Shown: positions 51,678 to 62,326, numbered from the whole stretch's first letter. The stretch: 63,355 nucleotides of DNA, filler included, from Chiloscyllium plagiosum (GCF_004010195.1; 6 parts of one record of this genome joined end to end with filler, not necessarily neighbours in it); one strand, 5' to 3'. A program made the numbers and translations. The notes: a model not told the origin generated them from the letters alone.

Positions 51678-52238
51678 TGGGATTTCATAGCAATTATGGA
51701 AACATGGCTCAGGGATGGGCAGTACTGGCAGCTTAATGTTCTAGGATACAAATGCTACAGGAAGGATAGAAAGGGAGGCAAGAGGGGGTGTGTGGCATTT
51801 TTGATAAGGGATAGTATTACAGTTGTGCTGAGGGAGGATATTCCCAGAAATACATCCAGGGAAGTTGTTTGGGTGGAACTGAGAAATCAGAAAGGGATGA
51901 TCACCTTATGGGATTATATTATAGACCCCCGAGTAGTCAGAGGGAAATTGAGAAACAAACTTGTAAGGAGATCTCAGCTATCTGTAAGAATAATTGGGTA
52001 GTTACGTTAGGGGATTTTAACTTTCCAAACATCGACTAGGACTGCCATAGAGTTAAAGGTTTAGATGGAGAGGAATTTCTTAAGTGTGTACAAGACAATT
52101 TTCTGAGTCAGTATGTGGATGTACCTACCAGAGAAGGTGCAAAACTTGACCTACTCTTGGGAAATAAGGCAGGGCAGGTGACTGAGGTGTCAGTGGGGGA
52201 GCACTTTGGGGCCAGCGACCATAATTCTATTCATTTTA
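51678..52238 (+). mobile_element. CR1 APE endonuclease fragment, cut by the linker
   Basis: ETWLRDGQYWQLNVLGYKCYRKDR, GDFNFPNID, LDLLLGN, SDHNSI; close to 4430-5000. Confidence 0.9.
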
Positions 52239-52338
52239 NNNNNNNNNNNNNNNNNNNNNNNNNNNNNNNNNNNNNNNNNNNNTTAATTAATTAANNNNNN
52301 NNNNNNNNNNNNNNNNNNNNNNNNNNNNNNNNNNNNNN
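52239..52338. other. Artificial 100 bp contig linker
   Basis: 44 N + TTAATTAATTAA + 44 N. Confidence 0.95.
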
Positions 52339-53863
52339 CAGTGCTCCGAAAGCTAGTGTTTCCAATTAAATCTGTTGTGCTATAACTTGGTGTTGTGTGA
52401 TTTTTAAACTTTGTACACCCCAGTCCAACACCGGCATCTCCAAATTATTCTAAAAGATTATACTTAAAGTTGAAAGTGGTCTGAGTGTTCAACACATTGG
52501 TGGTCTTGGTCTTTCTTTCCCATTGATGATGCAGTGAGCCATTTTTCAAACAAGTGATGTCGGGCTAACTGATATCATTTGTTTCTCTGTCTTTCCAAAA
52601 CAGTGATGTAAATTTCAGAACTTTGATTGTTCAGAGACTGTTCTAGTGTGTAGGGATTTTTGAACAAGTTCATAATCAGTGTACATCCATGGCCTTTGCA
52701 GCTATCTCTTTAAAACCAAAGGATGTAAACCGTCAAGGCATAGAAATTTGTCAGTTTTTTGTTCATTAAAGTTTCAGGTATCTAGCTATGGCTAAAGCTC
52801 ACTGATGTCTAAAACAATGATGCTTCCCAGGTTGTATTTGTGTGATTCAGAATTAAATGGGATTGCACATTTTAAGTCCTCACAGCAGTTTGCAGAATTA
52901 TCATGAGGATAAATCTAAATCCCAATAAAATTTGGGAAATAAAAACAGAAGTTGCAAGCGATGTGAAGTGACACCTTTGCATGCCCACTAAGTGCGTGGG
53001 TTCCTCAGACTAAAGTGGTGCTCAAATTTTAAATAAAAACTGAGGGTCACTAGACCCAAAATGTTAACTTTGATTTCTCTTCACAGATGCTGCCAGACCA
53101 GTTGAGCTTTTCCAGTAACTTCTGTTTCTGGTTCTGATTTACAGCATCTGCAGTTCTTTCAGTTTTTATTTAAAATTTGAGCACCACTTTAGTCTGAGGA
53201 ACCCACGCACTTAGTGGGCATGCAAAGGTGTCACTTCACATCGCTTGCAACTTCTGTTTTTATTTCCCAAATTTTATTGGGATTTAGATTTATCCTCATG
53301 ATAATTCTGCAAACTGCTGTGAGGACTTAAAATGTGCAATCCCATTTAATTCTGAATCACACAAATACAACCTGGGAAGCATCATTGTTTTAGACATCAG
53401 TGAGCTTTAGCCATAGCTAGATACCTGAAACTTTAATGAACAAAAAACTGACAAATTTCTATGCCTTGACGGTTTACATCCTTTGGTTTTAAAGAGATAG
53501 CTGCAAAGGCCATGGATGTACACTGATTATGAACTTGTTCAAAAATCCCTACACACTAGAACAGTCTCTGAACAATCAAAGTTCTGAAATTTACATCACT
53601 GTTTTGGAAAGACAGAGAAACAAATGATATCAGTTAGCCCGACATCACTTGTTTGAAAAATGGCTCACTGCATCATCAATGGGAAAGAAAGACCAAGACC
53701 ACCAATGTGTTGAACACTCAGACCACTTTCAACTTTAAGTATAATCTTTTAGAATAATTTGGAGATGCCGGTGTTGGACTGGGGTGTACAAAGTTTAAAA
53801 ATCACACAACACCAAGTTATAGCACAACAGATTTAATTGGAAACACTAGCTTTCGGAGCACTG
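52339..53863. repeat. 705 bp apparently perfect inverted repeat with a 115 bp spacer
   Basis: 52339-53043 is the reverse complement of 53159-53863; the arms are equal in length and I saw no mismatch by eye. Confidence 0.92.
53040..53172 (+). mobile_element. PLE-terminus fragment (family C) forming the inverted-repeat spacer
   Basis: gggtcactagacccaaaatgttaac...cacagatgctgccagacc...cagcatctgcagttctt, homologous to 8000-8090 and 57330-57460. Confidence 0.75.
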
Positions 53864-53973
53864 CTTCTTCATCAGGCTCCTTCACCAACCACCTGATGAA
53901 GGAGCGTCGCTCCGAAAGCTAGTGCTCTCAATTAAACCTGTTGGACTATAACCTGGTGTTGTGTGATCTTTAA
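53761..53973. mobile_element. Hairpin PLE derivative (family B) with two opposed hammerheads and a TSD of up to 15 bp
   Basis: cttttagaataattt at 53746-53760 and 53974-53988; arms ~53791-53875 and ~53892-53977. Confidence 0.85.
53890..53924 (+). ncRNA. Minimal type I hammerhead ribozyme motif, core intact
   Basis: cac-CTGATGA-A-GGAGC-GTC-GCTCC-GAAAG-CTA-gtg: 5 bp helix II, palindromic AGCT, CUA triplet, 3 bp helix I (cac/gtg). Confidence 0.72.
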
Positions 53974-54124
53974 CTTTTAGAATAATTTCTAATCATCTGT
54001 TTTGCAATGTTTCCCATTTTAGTCCAATGCTAAATTACATAGCGGTCTCAAGTAGCCAAGAACAGTTCAGACAATTATATATGAGGTGCTCACTCCAACA
54101 TTGAGCATGGACATAAGGCCAGTT

Positions 54125-54480
54125 GGGAGCCTGGTGTTCGTGTTGCTGAACTAGTAAATCCAGCTTTTTCCAGGCTAACTACCTATGGGCAATAATTTCA
54201 ACTCCCAACATTGCAGTTGGTCGATTCAATTAAGTAATAATCTGGAATTTGAAGCTAGCCTCAGCAATGGTGACCACAAAACTATCATTGAATACTATAA
54301 TAACGAGACATTTAGTGAAGGAAATCTGATGCCCCACAACAAAAAGTTGACTTGTAATTGTCATCTGAAATGGTACCAAATACTGTCATCCCAAACTGCT
54401 ACAGGAACTGTTGCAATTTATGAATCACCACCATCTTTCCCAAGAGCAGTTAAAGGTTGGCAACAAATATTGCAAGTCAA
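54125..54480 (+). mobile_element. Old tRNA-SINE, same family as 40330-40690
   Basis: aataatctggaatttgaagctagcctcagcaatggtgacc core and LINE-like tail. Confidence 0.55.
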
Positions 54481-55673
54481 TCAAAATAAATTTGGCTTAT
54501 GAAAGAAACCATGTAATCCAAATCCCCAGCTTTCCCTTTAAACTTCACAGTAAAAAAATCAGAAACCAAGCAGAAATAGTAAATGTGGAATATGACCTAC
54601 TTTAAAATTATGTCACTGCAGCTGCTACAGAAAAAATCCTCTAGTTCTCATGTCAAAACATGTTTATCTTGCATGGTTAAAAATGGGAAAAAGTTAGGCT
54701 GTAGCCGATCACAATGTTACTCTGGGTCAATCATCAATTAATTTACCGCATGTTTTACAAACTGAAGAATAAAATACCTAACAACTGAGCTATTCCATAT
54801 TTGTTGGAAAAGAAGTATTAACTCAGCAGTCTTTAAAAAGTTTACATTTTTATAAACATTAAAAGGTACATATCCCTTTAGTTGGATGCATATTGAAGTT
54901 ATTTTGTATATAACTGATAATCTGTCTCCCTTCCCCCTCTTTGTTCACTGATGCCACTTTGTGTTGACATGACGTAATAACATGTTGAGATTGCTCCAGG
55001 CCATTGGTACAAAGTTCCATTTGCCAAAATAGAACCTCAATCCTTTAAAAAACAAATTTCTTCAATATGGAACATTCTGATATAGGTCTGAACTAGTCAC
55101 ACTAACCTAAAGGTATTATATGCAGTCAAAAGAAATGAAGTATCAAAGGTCAATTTTGATGGTGAACGCTCTAAACTGGTAACTATCCCTTCCAGACAGC
55201 AGGAAAATAGCCAGTACAATAACAGACTCATTAGCAAGTTACCCATATATCTGTTTCACATTGCACTTGTACAGCTGGCAGTAACAATTGTCATTGATAT
55301 TTGTTACCATGGCAAATGGCTGGGAAAGGAATCAGTCCCATGCAACTACTATTAATGACAAGTTTTTTTCAAAATTTAAAAAGAGTTGCATTGTTGTGTC
55401 TCATGTTCTAGAAATATTTACACAGCGTTGAGATTTTATAATCCTAATGAATGCCTGAAAATAAGAACTTCTAAATACATTAATATAACACTATGTTATA
55501 CAGACTGTAAATTTAGAAATATATTGGTTTCAAAAAAAGGAAGTAACAGAGACATTTTATTGTTTATTATCAGAGTCACAATCAATTGCTTTCGTTGCTG
55601 TGCTCAAATAAAGTTAAAGTTTCATAAAATCCATATCAATCAAATTAACTAGAAAAATGTGAACTATTTTCAG

Positions 55674-55793
55674 AAGATTTAATGGAAGAAACTGACCCTG
55701 AAATTTCAGTATATACTTTGGTGCCAACTCAGAGCAGTCCAAGTTTAGAGGACCAGAATTTGTCAGATGGGGCAGCGGAGGCATGTGGATTTG
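55674..55793 (+). CDS. Candidate 120 nt symmetric (phase 1-1) coding exon of an unidentified gene
   Basis: Acceptor ctattttcag|, open frame (E)DLMEETDPEISVYTLVPTQSSPSLEDQNLSDGAAEACGF(G), donor G|gtaatt; more GC-rich than its AT-rich unique flank. Confidence 0.35.
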
Positions 55794-55919
55794 GTAATTC
55801 AGATAAACCAGAGTTACATCTGTTCCAAGTACACACTAAACTATAATCAAATACTGGCAGAACATGGGTCAAACTGACAAATGCTTCATGTCTTCTCATG
55901 ATTGAGTTATCAACTAGGA

Positions 55920-58117
55920 GAAATATCACCCTCCTATCCAGTCTGTCTTGTTCATCAGAAATATATATGTTTCAGCAAGATCCCCTCTCATTCTTTTAAA
56001 CATGTGAAAACAGGCCCAGTCAGCCCTATCTGTCCTCAGGTGACAAACTCAGCCATCCTAGGAATCCATCTGGTGAAACTTTGCGACACTCCCCCTAGGA
56101 CAAGTATATATTTTCTTTGAAAAGGAGACCAAAACTGCACACAATACTCCAGGTATGGTCTCACAATGACCCTATACAGCTGCAAGACATCTTTGTTCAT
56201 GTACTCAAATCCCTTTGCAATGAATGCCAACATATCATGTCTCTTCCTAAATGCTTCCTGGACCTGCATGTTTGCTTTCAGTGACTAGTGTACAAGGATA
56301 CCCAGGTCCATTTATACATCAATGTTTCCCAATCTATCACTGATTAACTAATATTTGTCCATTTTGATTTTACTAAACTTTACATTTATTTACATATTTT
56401 TATGTTTATCAATTTTTTACTGCATCTGCCATGTATTTTACCACTCACGTAACTTATTAAAATTATCTTGAAGACTTTCTCCTCACCACTCACAGTTCTT
56501 CCTAATTTTGTGTTATCAGAAATCTTGGAAATGTTATATGTGGTGCACACATCCAAATTCTTGATATATATTGTGCCGAAGCACTGATCTTTGTGGTGCC
56601 CAATTAGTCACCACTTTCCACTCCCAAAAAGCCCATTTATTTCTATTCTCTGTTTTCTGTTTGCTAACCAGTTCTCAGTCCACCATTGCCATATTTTTAA
56701 TTTTGCACACTAACTTCTTATATGGGATTTTTTTCAAAAGGTTTCTGAAAAGTCCAAATATATCACGTCTATAGTTTCTCTCTCATCTATTTTAACAGTT
56801 ATATTTTCAAAAATCTCCCCATTTGTTAAGCATGATTTCCCTTTCATAAATCCATGTTGACTTTGTCTAACCCTGCTGATATCTTCTATTTCTCCATTTA
56901 AAAATAAACACCAGCATTTTACACCATTTTCCCCAGTTCTCTCCTTTCCACCTTTTTTAAATTGTGGAGTTACATTTGTGACCCTCCAAACTGCTCAGAC
57001 TATTGTAGAATCTACAGAATTATAGAAGATGACAACTAATGCATCCACTCTTTCCAGGGCCTCCTTTAAAAATAGACCAGTTGGGCCTAGGGATTTATCA
57101 ACATTCAATCACCTTAATTTCTCCAGCAGTGTTTTTTAAGTAAAATGAATTTCCTTCAATTCTCCTTCCCTAGAATTTCTCGGATTTTACTTATTTCTTC
57201 ACCTGTGAAGAGTAACTACAGTAGGTATTTGAAACAAAAACAGAAATTGCTGATGAAACTCAGCAGGTCTGGCAGCATCTTTGGAGAGTCAATGTTTTGA
57301 GTCCAGTGACCCTTCATCAGCGCTGGTATTCTGACGAAGAGTTACCAGACTTGAAATGTTGACTGCTTTCTCCTCACAGATGCTGCCAGACCTGCTGAAT
57401 TTTGCTAGCAATTTCTGTTTTTATTTCAGATCTCCAGCATTTGTAACTCTTTGTTTTATTAAAGTGGTAGTTTAATTGTTCTGCCAACTCCTTGTTCTCC
57501 ATTATCAATTCTCCCATCTTAGACTGTAAGGTGCCTACATTGGTCTTCAGTAACTTTCCCTTTTAACTTACTTATAAAAGCTATCCTAGTCCATTCTTAT
57601 ATTTCTTGCAAATTTACTCCCATATTCTATTGTTCCCTTTTACTTAATCTTTTGGCCTCACTTGCTGAATTCTGAAATGCTGCCAATTCTCACTTTTGCT
57701 ATTTTTTCCAGCAGCTTTATATGACTCCTCTTTAGAGCTAATGCTGTCCTGAATTTCCTTTGTTAGCTGTAGTTGGGCCACTTCTTTTGTTGCACTTTTC
57801 CAAAAATAAGGCATATCTAACTATTGCAATGCATGCATTTGTTGCTTAAATATTAGCCGTTGCACATCAATCTCATGCATTTTGATGAAGTTACCCAATC
57901 TATTGCAGCCAAATCCTGCCTCTACTTTTGTAGTTTCTTTGTTTAGATTTAGGACTCTAACATTGGATTGTACAGCACTTTCAACATCAGTGAAGAATTC
58001 TATCATGTTAGAATCATTATTCCTTGAAGGACCTTAGAAGATGATGACTTAAACCCTTCTCATTGTAAAATACCAAATATAGGATAGCCAATTTCCTTGC
58101 TGGTTCCACAACATACT
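55920..58117 (-). mobile_element. Older CR1 LINE fragment (endonuclease end through RT)
   Basis: LYRVIVRPYLEYCVQFWSP; aagcatgatttccctttcataaatccatgttgact (SQHGFMKGKSCL); SNVRVLNLNK. Confidence 0.85.
57232..57460. mobile_element. Hairpin PLE derivative (family C) with two degenerate opposed hammerheads, inserted in CR1
   Basis: Minus strand ctgatgaagggtcactggactcaaaacatt; plus strand ctgacgaagagttaccagacttgaaatgtt; arms are inverted copies. Confidence 0.8.
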
Positions 58118-58347
58118 GGGTGGCATGGTGGCTCAGTGGTTAGCACTGCTGCCGCACGGTCCCAGGTTCAATTCCAGCCTTGTCTGTGCGGAGTTTGCAT
58201 GTTCTCCCTGTGTCTGTGTGGGTTTCCTCCGGGTGCTCTGGTTTCCTCCCACAGTCCAAAGATGTGCAGGTCAGGGGAATTGGCCATGCTAAATTGCCAG
58301 CAGTTTTAGGTGCATCAGTCAGAGAGAAATGGGTCTGGGTGGGTTAC
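58118..58347 (+). mobile_element. HE1-type V-SINE, cut by the linker
   Basis: GGGTGGCATGGTGGCTCAGTGGTTAGCAC...GGTTCAATTCC followed by the V-domain. Confidence 0.88.
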
Positions 58348-58447
58348 NNNNNNNNNNNNNNNNNNNNNNNNNNNNNNNNNNNNNNNNNNNNTTAATTAAT
58401 TAANNNNNNNNNNNNNNNNNNNNNNNNNNNNNNNNNNNNNNNNNNNN
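58348..58447. other. Artificial 100 bp contig linker
   Basis: 44 N + TTAATTAATTAA + 44 N. Confidence 0.95.
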
Positions 58448-58925
58448 GGGGGAAGGGGTGTGGAAAGATAAATGGGAGGGTAGGGGTGGGGATGGGGAGA
58501 AGATAACTGGGAAGATGATAGGTAGATGCAAGTGGGGAGTGATGGTGATAGGTCAGAGCGGAGGATGGAGCGAAGAGGTGGGAAGGAAGACGGACAGGTA
58601 GGACTTCAAGAGGGCAGTGTTGAGTTGGAGGGTTGGAGCTAGGATGAGGTGGGGGAGGGGAGATGAGGAAACTGGTGAAATCAATGTTGATGCTTTGTTT
58701 GGAGGGTCTAAAGGCGGTAGATGAGGTGTTCTTCCTCCAGGCATTGGGTGGCTTGGATTTGGCGGTGGTGGAATCCCAAGATGTCCTTAGTGGAGTGGGG
58801 GAGGGAGATGAAATGGTCAGTCACAAGTGGTAGGGTTGTTTGGTGTGTACGTCCCAGAGATGCACCCTGAAACGTTCTGCAAGTCAGTGTCCTGCCTGCC
58901 CAATGTAGAGGAGACCACATCAAGA
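58448..58925 (-). mobile_element. Penelope-like element 3' region: degenerate GIY-YIG endonuclease and pyrimidine-rich 3' UTR
   Basis: Hand translation across frameshifts: CGLLYIGQ...LAERFRVHL...DHF...HSTKD...CLEEEHLIYRL...SINIDF. Confidence 0.8.
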
Positions 58926-59694
58926 GCTCTCAATGCTCAAGTTGCTCTCCACAGCCAAATCCTAGCCATTTAATGCCGGGAGGAAAAGTGCCTCATCTTG
59001 GCTGCCCACCAATGCTGTTAAATGTGATTTTGTCTTGTTAAACAACATGATGACCAAAGTTAGTATGATGGAGCAAAAGTGGAACCCTTTTCTTGTACTA
59101 AGGTCAAACAGGGTTATATCTGGGCAATGACACTCGTCAACGTAGTGATATACTTTCAGGCCATCTGGAGAGGGTATGTACATACATGCCACACCAGAAC
59201 TGATGGAAAGCAGCTCACCCAAGGTCCAAATCAAAGGTATGCTGAGTGTTCATCAGAGAGTTGCCCTGTGCTTCTGCCTCCAGCTCAAATAAGCATGAAC
59301 TGCTTTTCTGACATGTCGCCAACAGAGGCCTTTAGGTAGTGAGTTAATACCCATTTAAGGGTCTCATCCCACTGTCATTTACATTAATCCAACAGCAGGC
59401 AAGGGTTCACCATGCAGAGATCATGATAAGCAAGCGTTGTTGGGGTTGCATGGTTATTCCAGATGGGGAGTCAAAGGCACTTGATGCCTGATCAAGTTAC
59501 TTGACATCGGGAAGACTGGGAATCCACTGAGAGCCACCCAAGTGCTCTTGCTGCCAAGGCCCCAAACAGCCTCCACCCTGTAAACTCCCCCTTGCGCCAT
59601 TGCTCATCTGTAGCGTGAGATCCATTACATAGGCCTCAGGTGGGTGTTATACCACCAGAGGCCACTGTCTGCCTGATAGCACTAACATTTCGAT

Positions 59695-60180
59695 GGTTCT
59701 AAAGTTACAGTGCAAAAAGACACCTTTCAGACCAACTCTCTGTACCAGCTGAACAAACTAACCACCTATTCAAATCCCACTTTCCAGCACCTGGTCTGTA
59801 CTTTTGCAGATTACAGCACTTCACATGCTATTCCATGTTCCTTCTAAATGGGTTAAGAGGTTCCACCTCAACCACCCACACTGGAGATCAAATTCCAGCC
59901 ATTCACCACCCTCTGTGTGATAAAGGTTTTCTTCATATCTCCTCTAATTCTTCTACTAATCAGCTTAATTCTGTGCCCCTGGTAACTAAATACTCTGTTC
60001 AAAGGCAACAGATTTTCTCTGTCCATTCTAAACCCCTCATTATTTTGTACTCCTCGATTAAGACACCCCTCTAGCTCCTCTGTTCTAAGTAAAACAACCT
60101 CAGCCTATTCAATCTTCCTTCATACTTGCAATTTTCAAGATCTGAAAAATTCTTGTAAATCTCCATATTCTCTCAAGAGC
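59695..60180 (-). mobile_element. Old CR1 3' fragment
   Basis: Reverse complement contains gaagattgaataggctgaggttgtttt...ggagctagaggggtgtcttaatcgag (RLNRL.LF...RG.LIE, across small indels). Confidence 0.7.
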
Positions 60181-60184
60181 AATG

Positions 60185-60890
60185 AGACTGATAGGGCTGT
60201 AATTGGCAAGATTGAATTAGTCCTGCTTTTATGAACAGGATATAAATGGACAATTTTTCACATGGCTGAGTAGATGCCAGTGCTGTAGTTGTAATGGAAC
60301 AGCTCAGCTTGGAACACCGGTACCTCTGAAGAGCAAGAGCTCAATACCAATGTTGCCTGTCCCCATAGATTTTGCAGTATCTAGTGTCTTCAACAATTTC
60401 TTGGTAATGCATGGAGTAAATAGAATTGGTTGAAGGCTCACAACTGAGATGCTTGACAACTCAAGAGAAAACATATACGCACTCTCCAATCTGCATTTTT
60501 GACTTAAGATGGATGCAAATGCATCTGCCTTGTTAATTGTTTTGATGTGTTGGGCTTCCTCATCATTGAAAATGGTGACATTTGTAGGGCTCCCTCCTCC
60601 TGCTAGTTGTATAATTGCACTCATGACTGGATAAAACAAGACTGCAGAGGTTAGATCTGATATGTTGGTGTGGGACTGCTTAGCCCTGTCTATCACACTG
60701 CTTATAGTGTTAGGTATGCATGTAATTTTTTAATTCTCTAACTTCACCAGATTGGCACCCCAGCTTTAGGTATGCCTGGGGCTGCTACTGGCAGACCCTC
60801 CAGCACTCTTCATCGAACAAAGGTTAAACTTCCAATTTGATGGTAATCATTGAGTGGGGAATATGCTGGGCCATGGCATTCCAGATTGCA
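60185..60890 (-). mobile_element. Old CR1/L2-group LINE fragment
   Basis: KADAFASILSQKCRLE...ITKKLLKTLDTAKSMGTGNI. Confidence 0.7.
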
Positions 60891-61103
60891 GGGAAACATT
60901 TGGTCACTAGTCTACTGACCATTTTGCCAAGCAAAGCTCCATTTGTGGACAATCCTTCAGTTCCAGCTCATCTGCAAATTACACTTCAACTACTTCTGGA
61001 ACCAGCAGCTACGCAAACAAGTGTTTACAAAAGGCAGGTTACTTGATTTAAAAAACATGCAGCAATCCAGTGATCCTTTTTTTATAGTTAAAAATCACAC
61101 AAC

Positions 61104-61240
61104 AGGGGAGATCCAAGATGGTGACGACCCAGTAAGTCTGAGTCTATAGTGCTCCTCCCAAGACTTGGGCAAAGTGGGCCACCCACCTCCACCACACTCA
61201 CCAAATCATTTAAAATAGCTTTTACTTAATGTAATTAGTT
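61104..61240 (+). mobile_element. Probable L1-type 5' UTR start
   Basis: GGGGAGATCCAAGATGGTGACG: G-run plus a YY1-like CAAGATGG(C/T)G motif, typical of L1 5' ends. Confidence 0.45.
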
Positions 61241-61821
61241 GCTCAGGAGGAGGAGGCGGAGAAGGGAAAGAAGGAGGCAGAGGAATGGACTGTGGTGCAA
61301 AACAGGAAGAGGGAAACCCACCCGGCCACCAAGACCTCCCAAAAAAAGGGGAAAAGGCAGCTGCAGGTGGAAGACACTGACAGCTCTTCGGAGGGTGAGG
61401 ACGGACGTAAGGAGGATCGTCACCAAAAGAAGAGGCAGAGCGCTGCGAGGAGAAAGGAGAGCAGCAACTGCCAACCAAGGGACGAACCTCCTGAGGAAAT
61501 GGAAAACCACCACCCCCTACTAGGTGAAAGCCAGGAGGGCCCCGCCGCCACACAGCTCCAGGTCACTGGGAGCAGCGACCCTCTGACAGATATAGAAACA
61601 GACAGCGTGGACCCTGGTCTCGGCCCGATGACACCGAAGCGGGCAAATGGGCCGAGTGAGGAACTGGACAGCTACCTCAGCCCTGCGAGGGTCCAGCAGT
61701 TTGCGTGCTGCATGGGGATGCAGACAGCTACCCCAGAGGGGCAGGACCAGCGACAATCGGACATGGGTAACCTTACAACCTGTTAACAAAATGGGGTTTA
61801 AAATTGCAACTATCAATGTGC
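61241..61821 (+). mobile_element. L1/Tx1-clade LINE: ORF1 C-terminal region and ORF2 start, cut by the linker
   Basis: Open, charged low-complexity ORF ending at 61786 (EEWTVVQNRKR...), followed at 61791 by MGFKIATINV, the N-terminal strand of an APE endonuclease. Confidence 0.7.
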
Positions 61822-61921
61822 NNNNNNNNNNNNNNNNNNNNNNNNNNNNNNNNNNNNNNNNNNNNTTAATTAATTAANNNNNNNNNNNNNNNNNNNNNNN
61901 NNNNNNNNNNNNNNNNNNNNN
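61822..61921. other. Artificial 100 bp contig linker
   Basis: 44 N + TTAATTAATTAA + 44 N. Confidence 0.95.
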
Positions 61922-62325
61922 GAATACTTCAACCCCAGGGCATCAATGTGGACTTCAACAGTTTCCTCATTTCCCCTTCCCCCACCTCACCCTAGTTCCA
62001 AACTTCCAGCTCAGCACTGTCCCCATGACTTGTCCGGACTTGTCCTACCTGCCTATCTCCTTTTCCCTCCACCCTCTCCACCCTCTCCTCCCTGACCTAT
62101 CACCTTCATCCCCTCCCCCACTCACCTATTGTACTCTATGCTACTTTCCCACCCTCCNNNNNNNNNNNNNNNNNNNCTTCAGGCTCTCTGCCTTTATTCC
62201 TGATGAAGGGCTTTTGCCCAAAACGTCGATTTTGCCTGTCCTCGGATGCTGCCTGAACTGCTGTGCTCTTCCAGCACCACTAATCCAGAATCTGGTTTCC
62301 AGCATCTGCAGTCATTGTTTTTACC
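61922..62325 (+). mobile_element. Penelope-like element 3' end with a hammerhead-bearing terminus
   Basis: ORF end (..LQP., GINVDFNSFLISP) homologous to 58660-58720, C/T-rich UTR, then CTGATGA-A-GGGC-TTTT-GCCC-AAAACGTC at 62200-62227 and the family A tail. Confidence 0.82.
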
Positions 62326-62326
62326 G

